A stretch of DNA of 63,432 bases, the filler included, from Choristocarpus tenellus KU-1152 (Eukaryota; Protista; Phaeophyceae), in assembly GCA_964200185.2 (NCBI GenBank). It is 12 parts of 12 records of this genome, joined end to end, with 100 filler letters (N's around TTAATTAATTAA, not from the genome) between each part and the next. Parts side by side here need not be neighbours in the genome. Positions count along the whole stretch, not along the records: positions 44,313 to 53,450 come from CAXNAD020003950.1; positions 53,551 to 60,773 come from CAXNAD020006512.1; positions 60,874 to 63,432 come from CAXNAD020026782.1; 9 more parts are not named here. One strand, 5' to 3'. The stretch's first letter is position 1. Each line of letters begins with the position of its first letter. The notes under the pieces are model-generated. The model saw only the letters and a program-made list of their open reading frames with translations, ran no database searches and was not told the DNA's origin. This document shows, piece after piece, positions 50,501-62,490 of the stretch. The position numbers and the translations under genes are program-made.

Positions 50501-52811
50501 ATGAAGTCGAGCAGGAGCGCCTGAGGTGGCTGGCAAAGTTACCAGGGGCGGGTCGAGCAACTAGGCCAGATGACATGTCATCTGATGAGGACGAGGTCAG
50601 AACTCGAGTCTTCCTATAGTATTTAGATTCAGAGAAGATTATGATTAATTTCCCAACACATTGCATTTAGAAATAAGGTGAGTCACTCGTGCCACAATGG
50701 ACACTTTCCACTCTCTTGAATCAACCCTATACTGAACTTAATGTTCCTCATTAATTCAAAGTGTACTACTCCAGGCAAAAACGACCAGATTGAACCCGGG
50801 CTGCAATTCATTGCGACCAAAGATTTTTTTTGTCCCTGGGGTAAGCACAGAAGTTGTGAACAAGTCCTGCAGATGAAATTTAAAACAAAAATCGACGGGT
50901 TAGGGTCATGATACAAAAGTAGACACAATTTGACCCTTAGACTAGTGTGTGTGTGTGTCACACTGAGGGGAAAAGATACCTTCGCCGTGAAAAATCTCCT
51001 AAACCCTTCAATATCATATTATGATCATAATTATCATAAATTTGACTTTGGGTTAGGGCCCCTTGGCATCACCCAACTCCTCTCTTTCATTGCTACACCA
51101 GACCCTTGAAACTCACCCTCTCTCTATTTTCAATCTTTGAACAGGATGGAATTATTTTCTATACTCTTATTTATTATATTCTATACTATTATGTATTATA
51201 TACTCTCTATTTTCAATATTTGAACAGGATGGAATTATTTTCTATACTCTTATTTATTATATTCTATACTATTATTATTATATACTCTCTATTTTCAATC
51301 TTTGAACAGGATGGAATTATTTTTGACGTAGTGATTGTTATTATTCTATACTATTATTTATTATATACTCTCTATTTTCAATCTTTGAACAGGATGGAAT
51401 TATTTTTGACGTAGTGATTGTTATTATTCTATACTATTATTTATTATATACTTTCTATTTTCAATCTTTGAACAGGATGGAATTATTTTCGACGCAGTGG
51501 TTGTTACTCGCACAAGCCCCGAGGGAAGAATGATGTCAAAGTGGCTCAAAGCAGCCCGGACAAAGCTTGGAGGGGAGCATTTGTTCCCTAAACCTGAGGC
51601 AAGGGCTCAGATGGAAAGGTGCGAAACTGAGACCAGAATGCACTGCAAGATGAAGGTGTTGAAAACATTAGAGGGTGTAGGAAGTTTACCAAGCATGGTG
51701 CTGATATATTTCCTCATTCTGATTTGCTTCAATGTGGTCATCGTTCCTTTTGGGCCACCTGGTGTGATGCCAAAGCATGCACCCAACATTTACAGTGATC
51801 AAGCAAGTCAAGTGACTCTCTTGCTATTTCATTCCATGACAAGATTATTCAAGCAGCTAGGTATTCGGAGTCAAGTATCTCAGAGTTTGGAGGACTGGGC
51901 AATAATTCTCCCCCTACAGAGCAGCATGTTCTTTCCCGGGTTCTCTCTTGTCATTCAGAACTCTCCACCCCTAGGGGCAAAGTTGAACCTTTCAAATTAT
52001 TGTAAGGGTAACCTGGTCATTTTTCAGCTAGATCAACTCTCTCACTCTCTCAGCCATCAGTGATAGGGTTGAGGTTTCAACGAAATAATGAGAATAAAGC
52101 AATCATCAAACCCACCCCTACCCTACCCTAACCCTAACCCTAATTGATATCATGCGGGTGTATCACAGTAAATTGTGATATCAACTGATCTAAGTCAAAT
52201 ATGTATCACAGTAAATTGCATTGATCTAAGTCAAATATGTGGTTTTTGCACACAGCATCAGTGCCTGCAGGTGGAAAGCGTAGCATACAGGCATAGCATA
52301 AATTGTAATGTTTGTAACACAAAATTGATATACTGGTACTACTGAATCATTTGATAAATTCTATGTCGAGATTGAGGCTGGGGGAAGATGGCATAACAAC
52401 ATATACTATATACTTCCATCAGAGAAACTACCACACTAGAGTCAATCATCAGAATTTTCTTTATTGTCTCTGCTACCCCTTCAATGTACACACATAGTAC
52501 ACACTTCATTGCATACTCAATTAGTGAGAGAAAAATGAAAATAATAGTGGTCAAGTCCAGTCAAGTGTTGCGCATGACAAGCTCAAAAAATGTCCTTTGA
52601 CCTCTACTTTCTGTTCCATCTGTAACCTTTCTGTTGCCATGAAGGTACGTGGAAGCCTTGCGTAGGCAAAAGCTTCGAGGAGGAAAACAAGATATTGCAG
52701 GCGAAAAAACCAAGGCGGATGTCAAGTCAGCAGATTGGATAGTTGAAATTAATGCTGCATCAAAAGCAATTGCCATCAGATGGGTCCGTGCAGCAAGAGA
52801 TAGCCTGGATG
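44583..52811 (+). CDS. Internal or C-terminal part of a large multi-pass membrane protein. Twelve exons: 44583-44765, 45223-45402, 45706-45858, 46403-46582, 46841-46942, 47355-47503, 48071-48188, 48530-48691, 50038-50130, 50407-50595, 51476-51618, 52645-52811.
   Basis: All 11 introns are GT-AG with consistent phases and give one continuous ORF. It has TM segments, a conserved-looking HGWRVYDY..Y..YRF...LDESI...LDLLCFSSQFYF block, and two CxxC pairs (CAIC, CSKC). Confidence 0.9.
48752..49109. repeat. 14-bp minisatellite (YAGTAACAGTACAA)~25, intronic
   Basis: Read directly from the sequence. It explains the spurious CYCCTVTVVLLLLY ORFs. Confidence 0.95.
49497..49672. mobile_element. MITE family A, complete intronic copy
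   Basis: GAGTCAAAAAGTATCTGG...CCAGATACTTTGAGCC with the family internal sequence. Confidence 0.85.
51118..51495 (+). repeat. ~83-bp tandem repeat containing the 3' splice site (five copies of TTTGAACAG|GATGGAATTATTTT)
   Basis: AG ends at 51144, 51227, 51309, 51392 and 51475. Confidence 0.93.
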
Positions 52812-52855
52812 GTAAGAGATAGCCTGAATGGTAAGGGATAGCCTGGATGGTAAGA
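52799..52855 (+). repeat. 19-bp triplication containing the 5' splice site (GATAGCCTGRATG|GTAAG x3)
   Basis: GT at 52812, 52831 and 52850. Confidence 0.92.
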
Positions 52856-53604
52856 TTCTACATGGTTGCACTTATTCAATTGAAACCTACCACTCTACTA
52901 TCTACTGCACTTAAAATAAATCGAAAATGATCATCTTTAATACAGTAGCAGGAAATAATAGTAACTAATAACAGCGAATACTGTGGTTAGAGTCAAGCTT
53001 CAAACAATGTACCAATACGAAAAGTGATTCAAAGGTGGTGTGTTTATGAGTTCGGAGACAAGCTATAGGCGGTCGTGGCAAGTCATACATGGCTTGCACA
53101 TGCCCCCTCTATACATGACTAGTGGGTATCTATGCACCATGTAATGAGGGGAATGGATAAGGTTCAAAAACACACAGAAATATTCCTGAATATGTTCTGC
53201 AGCCTGGCATATGGATAATTTTGATGTTTATGGACTGTATTCTCTTGGTCAATAGCATGTACCCTATGCATCATATGATCTTAATTCAGTTTCAGGTGAG
53301 TGCATTAGCGCTGGAAATGCTCAGAATTGCAGACTCAGGTTGGTTGACTTTGTTTTGACCCAAAGTATCTGGGGGGGGGGGGGGGGGGGGGGGGGGGTCT
53401 ACAGGTGTCCATTTGGACTGAAATCAGGAAAAGTGCATTTACATTATCCANNNNNNNNNNNNNNNNNNNNNNNNNNNNNNNNNNNNNNNNNNNNTTAATT
53501 AATTAANNNNNNNNNNNNNNNNNNNNNNNNNNNNNNNNNNNNNNNNNNNNAAAAGGTCGGAGGGTATAGTAATATAGATGAGGAGTTCTGTAATTATTGT
53601 TGAT

Positions 53605-53785
53605 GACTCAAAATATCTGGGCGACGGGAGAGGTCTACACCAGGGTGTCAATTTGGGTCATAACCAGGAAAAGTGCACATACATTATCCATCCGACGTAT
53701 GCAACCAAATAACACAAAAATCATGACATGAAAAAACTGTCCCCAAATGGACGGCCGCCACCCCCACCCCCAGATACTTTGAGCC
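53605..53785. mobile_element. MITE family A, complete copy (~181 bp)
   Basis: GACTCAAAATATCTGGG...CCCAGATACTTTGAGCC flanked by TGAT/TGAT. Confidence 0.88.
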
Positions 53786-54219
53786 TGATTGCTGGGAAAA
53801 TATTTTCAAAACAATACGGTAAGCAAGGAAGTTTTGTGGATGAGTCTAGAGAAGTGCTTAAGGAAAATAAAATGTACCTTGAAGGGTGTTGGCATAAGGT
53901 CTATAAAAAGATTAGAGAGTGTTTCTTATTTTATTATTATGCCCTCTGACATTTTGTAGATATGCCAGGGGGGAAACAATGAAAACTATAAGCATCGTCA
54001 GTATAAGTGTTTCTTATCCACTTATAATCTACTGGATAAGGCATTTTGCTGAGCTAATACCCAAAGGAATAAAAAAAGACCATACCAGATACATTAAAAG
54101 ATGTAGCAATAATGGAGATAGACGGACTGTCTACTTACTATAATAAAAGACCAAGTGAGTATATGTATCTTACCACTTCTTCCTGGATACCTTCTGATTG
54201 TAGCATTTATATTATTCCC

Positions 54220-55210
54220 TCTGACATTTTGTAGATGTATCAGGGGGAAATCAATGAAAACTATTAACATTGTCAGAAAAAACCCTAAATAAGTCAGGAT
54301 TTGACAGCCCCCTTTCTGCTGTAGCCTTCCTGTCCCTCTCCCCCCTACTGCACGTGTAGCTAGCTCATCCAGAAAACCTTTCGCCTGCTTACCGAGGCGC
54401 CCAAAACGTTCCACTGCAAAGGTGTTGAGGTTGTAACTACGAGGGTCAAAAGATCCCTCAAGTGGGTGCGTTTTGCACCTCAGCTGCAGCAGTAGCAACT
54501 ACACCATTGCTGTTGGACGAGTGTAGGAGGTGAGGTGCTGCCTGCACTTCTGCAAAGTAACATCTAGAAGGAGGCCTTTACCCTGGTAGGAAGCTGATCC
54601 GCCGTCCGCTAGTGCCCCAGCATGGAAGACCAGATCCATGCCCACTGTGTTGTTGTTTCTTCCTGTAACTCCTCTCCTTTGTAAATAAATTTGTAACAAC
54701 AGATTCTCGAGCAGAGTTGGTTTGGTTAGCGCTAACAGTTATTTCGTTACTTCCTTTAGTCACCTGATTATTGATTGTATTAGCTTGCTTCACTGGCTAC
54801 ACACGCAGTAGGGTGGAGAGGGTCGGGAGAAGCAGGAAAGAAATGTCAAATCCCGTTCACGACAGATTTTGTCTGTCACTACACAGGTGGCCCTCTCGAG
54901 ACGTGTGTCATGCATTTTAAGCTGGAGACACCAGGGAGATGGGGAAGGAGGGGCCTGTCATATTCTTTGGACGTTTCCCTAGCTCCTCGTCCAGTATTGT
55001 AGGGCCAAGCTAGGTTGGGGGAATAGCAGTAGTGTCCATCTCACATTGCATTACGAATCTTTATGGCAATGGCGTAGTGTAGCTGTTAGACAAGCGAAAA
55101 ATACATTTTGGAGAGATATCTTTCACATTTACGGCAAGTATTTCTTTAATAAGAGATCCTCATGATATTGGATTGGCTTTTTCCCTGATACATCTGTAAA
55201 ATGTGAGAGG
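54220..55210. mobile_element. Two divergent CRE-like RLE fragments (minus 54296-54640, plus 54795-55020), each followed by the same AT-rich tail motif
   Basis: Minus strand reads MDLVFHAGALADGGSASYQGKGLLLDVT...SFDPRSYNLNTFAVERFGRLGKQAKGFLDELAT. The plus copy matches 32980-33210. Confidence 0.78.
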
Positions 55211-55378
55211 TACTAATAATAGATACAAATACTTCTTAAGGTTATTTTCTGACATTGTGTCCCTGTAATATTATTTGCGTAGAGAACAGATCCATACATT
55301 ACATCTAGTAGGCTAAGAACTGTTAACTTTATACATTGAAGATCACGAACCAAAAAGGACTCAAAAACTTTATTTTTG

Positions 55379-55741
55379 GGCTCAAAGTGTCTGGGGGGGG
55401 AGGGGGAGGGTCTACATGAGGGTGTCCATTCGGGCCCTGACCAGGAGAAGTGAGCTTACCTTGTCCATTCGACGCATGTAACCAATTCACCAAAAAATCG
55501 CGACGCGGAAAAATGGGCCCCGAATAGATAGCTGCTGCCCCCCCCCTAAATACTTTCAGACTCAAAGTATCTGGGAGGGGGTGGAGGCTGTCCATTTGGG
55601 GCCAATTTTTTAATCTTGCGATTTTTTGGTGATTTGGTTACATACCGGATGGATAATGCAAGTGTACTTTCCTGGTTATGACCCAAATGGACATCCTGGT
55701 GCAGACCCCCTCCCCCCCCCAGATACTTTAGATCTTCAACC
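55379..55741. mobile_element. MITE family A copy with a second family A copy (55559-55734) inserted in its right TIR
   Basis: The inner copy is flanked by TTCA/TTCA. Removing it restores TACTTTCAACC at the outer end. The outer flanks are TTG/TTG. Confidence 0.8.
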
Positions 55742-55857
55742 TTGCCATGAGCAATAACATGCAGGTCCCACCTAACCTGTTCTCTTTCGCCTTCGTCTCC
55801 AATTCAAGAAAACGTGTTGGCACATATTAAAAAGAAGGAAGGTATATGAAGACTCAC

Positions 55858-56765
55858 CCCTCCACCACCATTACCATCATCACCACCAACATCCTGTATC
55901 TCACTCTGGTCTCCCAATAATTCACCCGCTTTCTCACAGCCTCCCTTGCATACGTTGTAAACATGAACTAACTCCACTAGCTCATCCCTGAGGCTCTGTG
56001 GCTCAACTCAGTCCTTCTGCTCTTCTTCTAGCTGGAGTTACTCGTGAGCCCTGGGGATGCTGTTGTTGGTCAGGAGCTCGCCAGCCTTGATCTCAAGGTC
56101 TTCCAATGCCTGCCCCAAGTCAGGGTCAGATTCCTCCTCTCCCTCCTCTCCTTGTTGAAGGCTCATACCCAGTTTCTCCAGGAGCTCTCTGTGAGGCCAT
56201 AAACATTTTGATAACATGCACAATGGTGATATGCACCATAACCCACTGCTGCAGTGAGCTCAGTTTGATTCGAGCATGCTCACCTTTAGCGAATTTTTAT
56301 GGCCAGGATCGGGACTTGAGTTATAGAAACAGGGATATAGGGGTTATATGTGTGATGGGGGTGGTGAGGACACTGACAGGATAGGATGGAGCCCTCCATG
56401 AGCTTATCCCAGGCCCTGACCCTGATCTCACAAGCATCCAGTGTGTAAGCGTCATTGCTCTCACTCAATCCAGCCACCCTCCAAACTGTTGTCATGTCAT
56501 CTCTCTGATCCAGTGTTTGAGAAGCCATGACCATGGTAGACACCCAGACACACAGAATACCCACCCTGTAATATACCTTCCATACAGCAATGGTACCCTG
56601 GTCTATTTACTGGTATTTATCGGTGCTAGGAACGCTGTCATTGCGACACCTGGCCTTCCTGACGATAAGCTTACCATGCCTAGCACAGTTGCAGATCAGG
56701 GACAGAACAAGATTTTGATTCACTCTCCACATGTACGGCCGGAAGGTGGTACAAAACCACTTCAT
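55858..56765 (-). CDS. Possible small or partial gene divergent from PWP1, model unresolved
   Basis: Protein-like frames (ELLEKLGMSLQQGEEGEEESDPDLGQALEDLEIKAG; VSTMVMASQTLDQRDD) and donor-like sites, but no clean phase-consistent model. Confidence 0.3.
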
Positions 56766-57196
56766 GAAAGTGTGCTGGTCAGACCACGCATTCCTCTGGG
56801 TGAAGTGAACACATGGGTGTGGCGTGACCTTTTCCTTGTAATTTTACCAGGAGTAAGGTTCTAAGTAGAGTGGGCAATTCTCTCTTTCCACTTCAATGTT
56901 TGTATGTGTATGTATGTGTAGTATGACTCAAAACATGCCTTCTACCAAAATTCAAATATAATTTGTACCTATAATCGATGTTATTACTGACTTGACTAAT
57001 TTAGTGTCGCCTTAAAGGGGGCCACCGATTGTAGATAGTGTGGGAGGATGAAATGGTGGTGACTGGACCTAAGTTACTCTGTGCCAATTTGAACCTGTGC
57101 TGTCGAGGGTAGAGATACAAGGAGTGCTACCGCGAATTCCTTTCTCTACACAAGTTGGAGTTTGTCCTGGTAGCACTGGAAAAGCTTTCATTGCTG

Positions 57197-59092
57197 ATGA
57201 TCAGTTCTTTGATATGGGTGAGCCGATACTTTAACACTGTTCATAGAGGGTTTATCTTGCGATACCAACCTTACATCGCCTCTGCGTTGTTATAAATGTC
57301 AAGTGTACAGCGAGTCGATGCATAAGACTAGCAGTTTCTTGTGCTAAGCGCTCTGGTATAACTAACTTCACAGCCCATATCCCCATCTTGTATCACTCAA
57401 CAACAATCTCAACCATTTTTCTCCACTATTGGTTGCATCCTCTCGTTGACAAGTTGCTAAACCTCCCTAGATTCTCTCAACACTGCTTGAATGAATCGAC
57501 TTTATGGTGTAGGTGCCCAAAGGGGCCTCAAAGAGCAAGCCATTGCGGTATGAGATATCTCAGCGTGAGCTCCAGGAAATGGTCAAGCTAAATAGGTGAG
57601 TGATGCCACACACGCCCAGCAATTTTAGCTGCTGGCGTAGTAAGATCTATTCACCGCTCACTCAAATCTTTCATTTTGTAGCGTCATGCGACAGTAACGC
57701 CCCAATCGGACGAGGAGGGACCTGATGTTAGTGAGGTTATATGGGTGAAGAATGGTGTTGTCACATTGAGACTCCAACGGATGACACATCCCCTCAACAA
57801 TATAAGGGAGGTTTGAAGGTTCAATTTTTGCTTTTGTCTTGTTGTCTTTACTTTCTTTGTTCTCACCTCATGTTGCCCTCCTTAGCCCAAGCACCATCGG
57901 TTGCCCTCGAAACACTGATACCACGTCCACCCACGTTCTTTGCCATAGTGGCGAGCCAGACAGCGATTTCGAGGGCAAGGAGTTTGCCACGTCGGCTAAC
58001 TCTTCCGGCGGTGAGCTTCCGCAGGAGCTCAATATGGACAACTACGACGAAGAGGAGGGGTTTAATCTGGTGGGTGATGGTAACAACGACGAGATCAAAG
58101 GCATGGATGGCGAAGATGAGGACGGTGCGGATGAGGATGAAGACATGGCGCCGGATGCAGATGGTGAGGACGAAGAGGAAGACGAGGAAGAGGGGGATAT
58201 GAAAATAAAAATGATGGAGGATGCTGGAACCGGGCAGGTACGAAACGGTGGCGTTTGGCAGGTCGAATGAGACTGCTGACCCCTTCCCAAAGAAGCAACT
58301 GTAGTGTTACACCTTGCTTTTAATCCCCCTGTGATATACAATGTTCTTGATCTCTTGTGCCTAAATCCTCGGCCAGTGAACGACCATGTTCATGAAGCGT
58401 TACAAAACTATATTGAACCAGAGAAATCTTATCCCTTCACCTGCACCGACCAGAAAATCTCAGAAGTGGAGGTTGGCTGTGCCCCTGGCACCTTCGTAGT
58501 GAAGTGGGTTTGTGAACGGTCATGGAGGTGAAGAGTACTACTCTTCAATTTTTTAATCTTACAACCAAGGGCTGAAGCAACTCTCGTAGTGCTTAGGGTT
58601 AAGGGATCAGATGCATGAAGTATCTGAGCAAGATCAAAATGATTCTCGTGTATCTATATTTGCGGTTTAATGTGGTAGCTCCATAGCTCACTACTGCACT
58701 ACTGCTTTGTATGATGGTGTTATGGTTTCTACTAGTTTCATATCAAGGTGGTACTGAAATTTCTATCATAAGGATGCTTAACAGCTTGCTCTAAATGTAT
58801 TGGGGGCAAAAAATAATTGTTGTAGGCATTGGATGGAGGCACTGTGATGTGCCTAGAACTCGAGAACCCCTTCCTTCACCACAGAAAGAGCTCTGTCTAT
58901 CACAGACAGAGGGTGACATTAATCAAGTAGTGGTGAAGTGCACTCTTCAAGATACCTTTTCTGGATCATTCTCCCCTCTCCCTTCCCCTCCCCTAGGTTT
59001 TTGGGTATGAATCGGAAGAAGAGGACTCTGACACTGAGGACAATATCATCAAGCCCAGTGACTGTGTGCTCCTTACCGCAGGCACAGAAGAG
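57197..59092 (+). CDS. PWP1: Periodic tryptophan protein 1 homolog, N-terminal part (WD40 region not in the contig). Exons 57197-57217, 57513-57595, 57949-58237, 58997-59092.
   Basis: Spliced MISSLIW|VPKGASKSKPLRYEIS...ELPQELNMDNYDEE...acidic tract...EDNIIKPSDCVLLTAGTEE matches the PWP1 N-terminus. Phases are consistent. Confidence 0.88.
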
Positions 59093-59853
59093 GTACGGCC
59101 AATGAGAGGAAAAGCAGCAGGAGGGAATGAGATATCTGGAGGAGGGGTGGGGGAGGGGGGGGGAGACTTAAATTTTAGTTGAGATTCTCAGCTGTAATCT
59201 TGAGGGAGTTATCGGCTACCCTAACCCTTCAAAAGGAGTTCATGCCATTGTATTTTTAGTATTGATAAGTGCTTGTGGTAGTGTGATGAGCACAGTTGGG
59301 TCTCCTGTGGTACAGTTTGTAGATTTTGGTGGATCTGTTTATTGGTTCCAGCTTTGAGAAAAAAGTTTATTTTGTTTCTCTGTGGGCTTTTGAGTGGTGG
59401 AGGAAACTTACTCCCAACTTTTCGTGATTCAATTGGTACCTATTAAACCATCTGGGGTTGAGTAGGGGGTGACCCCAGAAAGGGTTCCCGTGTGTATGAT
59501 TCCCAGCAGGATATGGGGTGTGTTAGTAGTGGCTATGTAAGGTATGGAAAAACGTGTGTGATTTGAAGGGCATTGTTTGATATTATTATTATTATTGAAG
59601 TGAACTGAAGATGGTCAACACCTAAAACTGAGTGATTAGGTGAGATTGGATTATATTCCATTAAAAAAAAAATTCTTGCGCCTAAAGAAAAAATTGCAGT
59701 GTGCTGCTGATTTTTTATCTAAAAAATGTTCAATCGGGAAAAAAAATAGATAAGAAAAAAATTGTATGTATGTAGTTAGGGTTGGGGGAGGACAGACGGA
59801 TGGGCAGAGAGTAGTTATCTACGATCGAAGTTAGACTGGATGTTTTGAACAGT

Positions 59854-60110
59854 GAGTGAAAGTATCTCAGAGGGTACAAGTTTTGCCCTGTTTGCCCGTT
59901 TCGGGCTTGGCTTCCCTCAGGGGTTTTATGAATTTTCCTACTCCAATATATTTCGGAGTAGGTAAAATGTATACATTATGAAAAGCTATGTCCGGAACAA
60001 GGATATTGACACTTCCTAACAAATACGGTAGCCAAGATTATATCAAAATTGCATCGTTGGATTTTGGCCCCCAAATGGACGTGGCTCTACCCTGTAAGAT
60101 AATTTGACTC
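59854..60110. mobile_element. MITE family B, complete copy
   Basis: Colinear with 1528-1786, GAG...CTC termini, 3-bp duplication AGT/AGT. Confidence 0.88.
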
Positions 60111-61937
60111 AGTGCTTGTTTTGCTCCATCTGAAACAGTTCTGGGAATAGATTGATACCATGACCACCACCATGAAGTCTGAAGCTGATGAATATATAAT
60201 GAAGCAGTGTAGACCTTGAATTATAGGTGTTCCTAAATCCGCAGAGGCTTTTGTATTGGGTGAAGTGTGGTGGTGTTGTACTTCATAACAATGATCGAAG
60301 CAATGACTCCAGGTTGTTCGAGCTCGTCTTTTTTCTTTTTGTAGTATAACAAGAGGCGTTCCTCTTGGGTTTTTTTGAGAAGCAGATCGTATGCTTCTGC
60401 CGCTGCCACTGTTTTGTTAAGAATTTTTTTAATTCTGGCCTGGCACTGTACAGTGCGATTTTTTTATTATTTTTAATGAGGCGTCTTTTTTTTTTGAAGT
60501 AGTAGGTACCTTCTTTTAGAACAAACTGTGAGTTGTGTTTCTAAGCGTGGAAGGCCGAGTTCTTTGAACATGCAATATCAAGATTAATCGACCCTCAAAA
60601 TTTGACTCTTGGTTTGCAAAGATTGAGGTTAGGTGTTTTAATTGGAGTGGTATCCCTTCTTTTTTAGCAGGATCAGTCTGTGTTTTCATTGGGGGAGGAG
60701 GGGGGGGGGGGGGGGGAGGGCATAAAAAACACACAAAAAAAAACAAGAAAAAGTTGAGGGGGGTTGTTTTGGANNNNNNNNNNNNNNNNNNNNNNNNNNN
60801 NNNNNNNNNNNNNNNNNTTAATTAATTAANNNNNNNNNNNNNNNNNNNNNNNNNNNNNNNNNNNNNNNNNNNNTGCTCGAGCAAATCTTGAAACAATAAG
60901 TATCAAAGAAATTAATACTGGGCTGACTGCCTCCTCAGAGGACACAGGGGTTTACTAGTGTTCTAACATTTATCACTGTCAAATACTACATGTAGTTGTA
61001 AATTGCACCTGTGTATGTTAATAGTATGTGAAACTGTCATTTGTGTATGTAACTGTAAATGATATTTGTTACTTGTTTTACATGTAACTTACGAAAGTAC
61101 TTGTAACTGTAAAATTTTCCCGTATCTATTGATGATTCTGGACGAACTCAAAGGAAGTTGATTTTTAAAAGTCACTGGTTTTGTTCTTCATCATTATAGT
61201 CTTACCCCTGGACTCTATGCTTGTTTCCCAGAGATTCCTCTTTTTTGGGGTTCCTGTTGATACATCGAGTAATAGTAATATATCAAGATTTTCATTTTAT
61301 TTTGTAGAATTGAATATTTCAAGTCATAGCGATGTATTGGGAGTTTTTTTTTTAATGTGCTGTTGAATAGTTCAAGTGAAGACAAGGAAGATATATATAT
61401 ATATTTTTTTAATAATTTGATTTGTACGGAGGTCCTATTGCAGCAGGATTTTTCTCAAACCACAGAAGGTAATAATGGTTAAAAGATTTTTCGAAAATTG
61501 TCCCATAGATGAAGGATTAAAAAAAAAAATCACGGCCAAACCCTAACCCTAGTTGCCTGCAGATTTCTGCCTCTAACCTATGGAATCTTAATTTTTTTTG
61601 ATGAGTTGGAGTTGTAGTGGGCGGGTGGGCTTCTATTTTGGGAAAATGGCGTTTGACTCGACCCTGAAATCTCAAAAGTCTTTTCACAGTCCATATTTTT
61701 GAAACTGTTAATCCCGTCTCCTGCCTGTCGTCCGTGTAAACAATAAATAAATAAAAATGTCTGAAAGATGAATCGGAGTTGTCAGGGGGAGAGGTGTTGG
61801 CGTGGGATGAGGAGGAGGAGGAGGAGATGAGGAAGGAGATTGGCAAGGCGGTGAATTTGTTTGGGATGGGGGAGGCGGGGGGAGATGGAGGCGGGGATAA
61901 CGAAGAAGGTGTCGATGATTTTTTATTGTATCGTATG

Positions 61938-61977
61938 AGGGTTAGGGTTAGGGTTAGGGTTAGGGTTAGGGTTAGGG
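61938..61977 (+). repeat. Interstitial telomere-type repeat (TTAGGG)6
   Basis: Read directly from the sequence. Further CCCTAA/TTAGGG units at ~61541, ~62130, ~62685 and ~62914. Confidence 0.9.
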
Positions 61978-62352
61978 CTCTTGTTTTTGTTGTTGTTGTT
62001 ACTCGTAATGCTGTTGTGGACAGGGGGTGGAGGAGGTGGCGGAACGATTGCCTCCTGGTTGATTCTAGTGTCTACTGTGTCCTAATGTTTAGCGCATTTT
62101 CTCTTTTTTGTAGATGTTGGGGTTGTAGGGGTTGGGGTTAGAGCTTTTTTACTCCGAATTGTGTTATGTATGAATGTAATTCAGGCGTAGTTTTTTAAAA
62201 TCTCTGCGTGACTGGTAAATTATCAGTGATAGAGCTGGACTCTGAAAGCGTTGTCAATTGTGGAGGTAATCCTGTTCTCTTTAGTTCAAATGTATGCAGA
62301 GGTGATTGTTGTATGTGTGGTATGATTAGAAGGATTTGATGTGTGATTTTCC

Positions 62353-62490
62353 TATTATTATTACTACTATTGTTGTTACTATTATTACTATTATTACTAT
62401 TACTATTACTATTACTACTACTACTACTACTACTATTATTATTGTTATTACAATTATTGTTACTAGTATTATCATCATTGCTATTACTAT
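62353..62490. repeat. (TAT/TAC)n trinucleotide low-complexity tract
   Basis: Read directly from the sequence. Confidence 0.9.

Noticed and set aside
51106-51495. CRISPR-like array or a hydrophobic 102-aa ORF
   Set aside because: The intervening sequences are copies of each other, so this is a tandem repeat. The context is a eukaryotic intron with no cas genes.
57682-57740. Extra acidic PWP1 exon (TPQSDEEGPDVSE)
   Set aside because: The splice phases do not fit the flanking phase-2 junctions. Direct 57595-57949 splicing keeps the frame.
59200-60700. Possible viral recombinase-like fragment (STPDGLIG) and Lys-rich frames on the minus strand
   Set aside because: The motif is too short and broken to support a call without a search.
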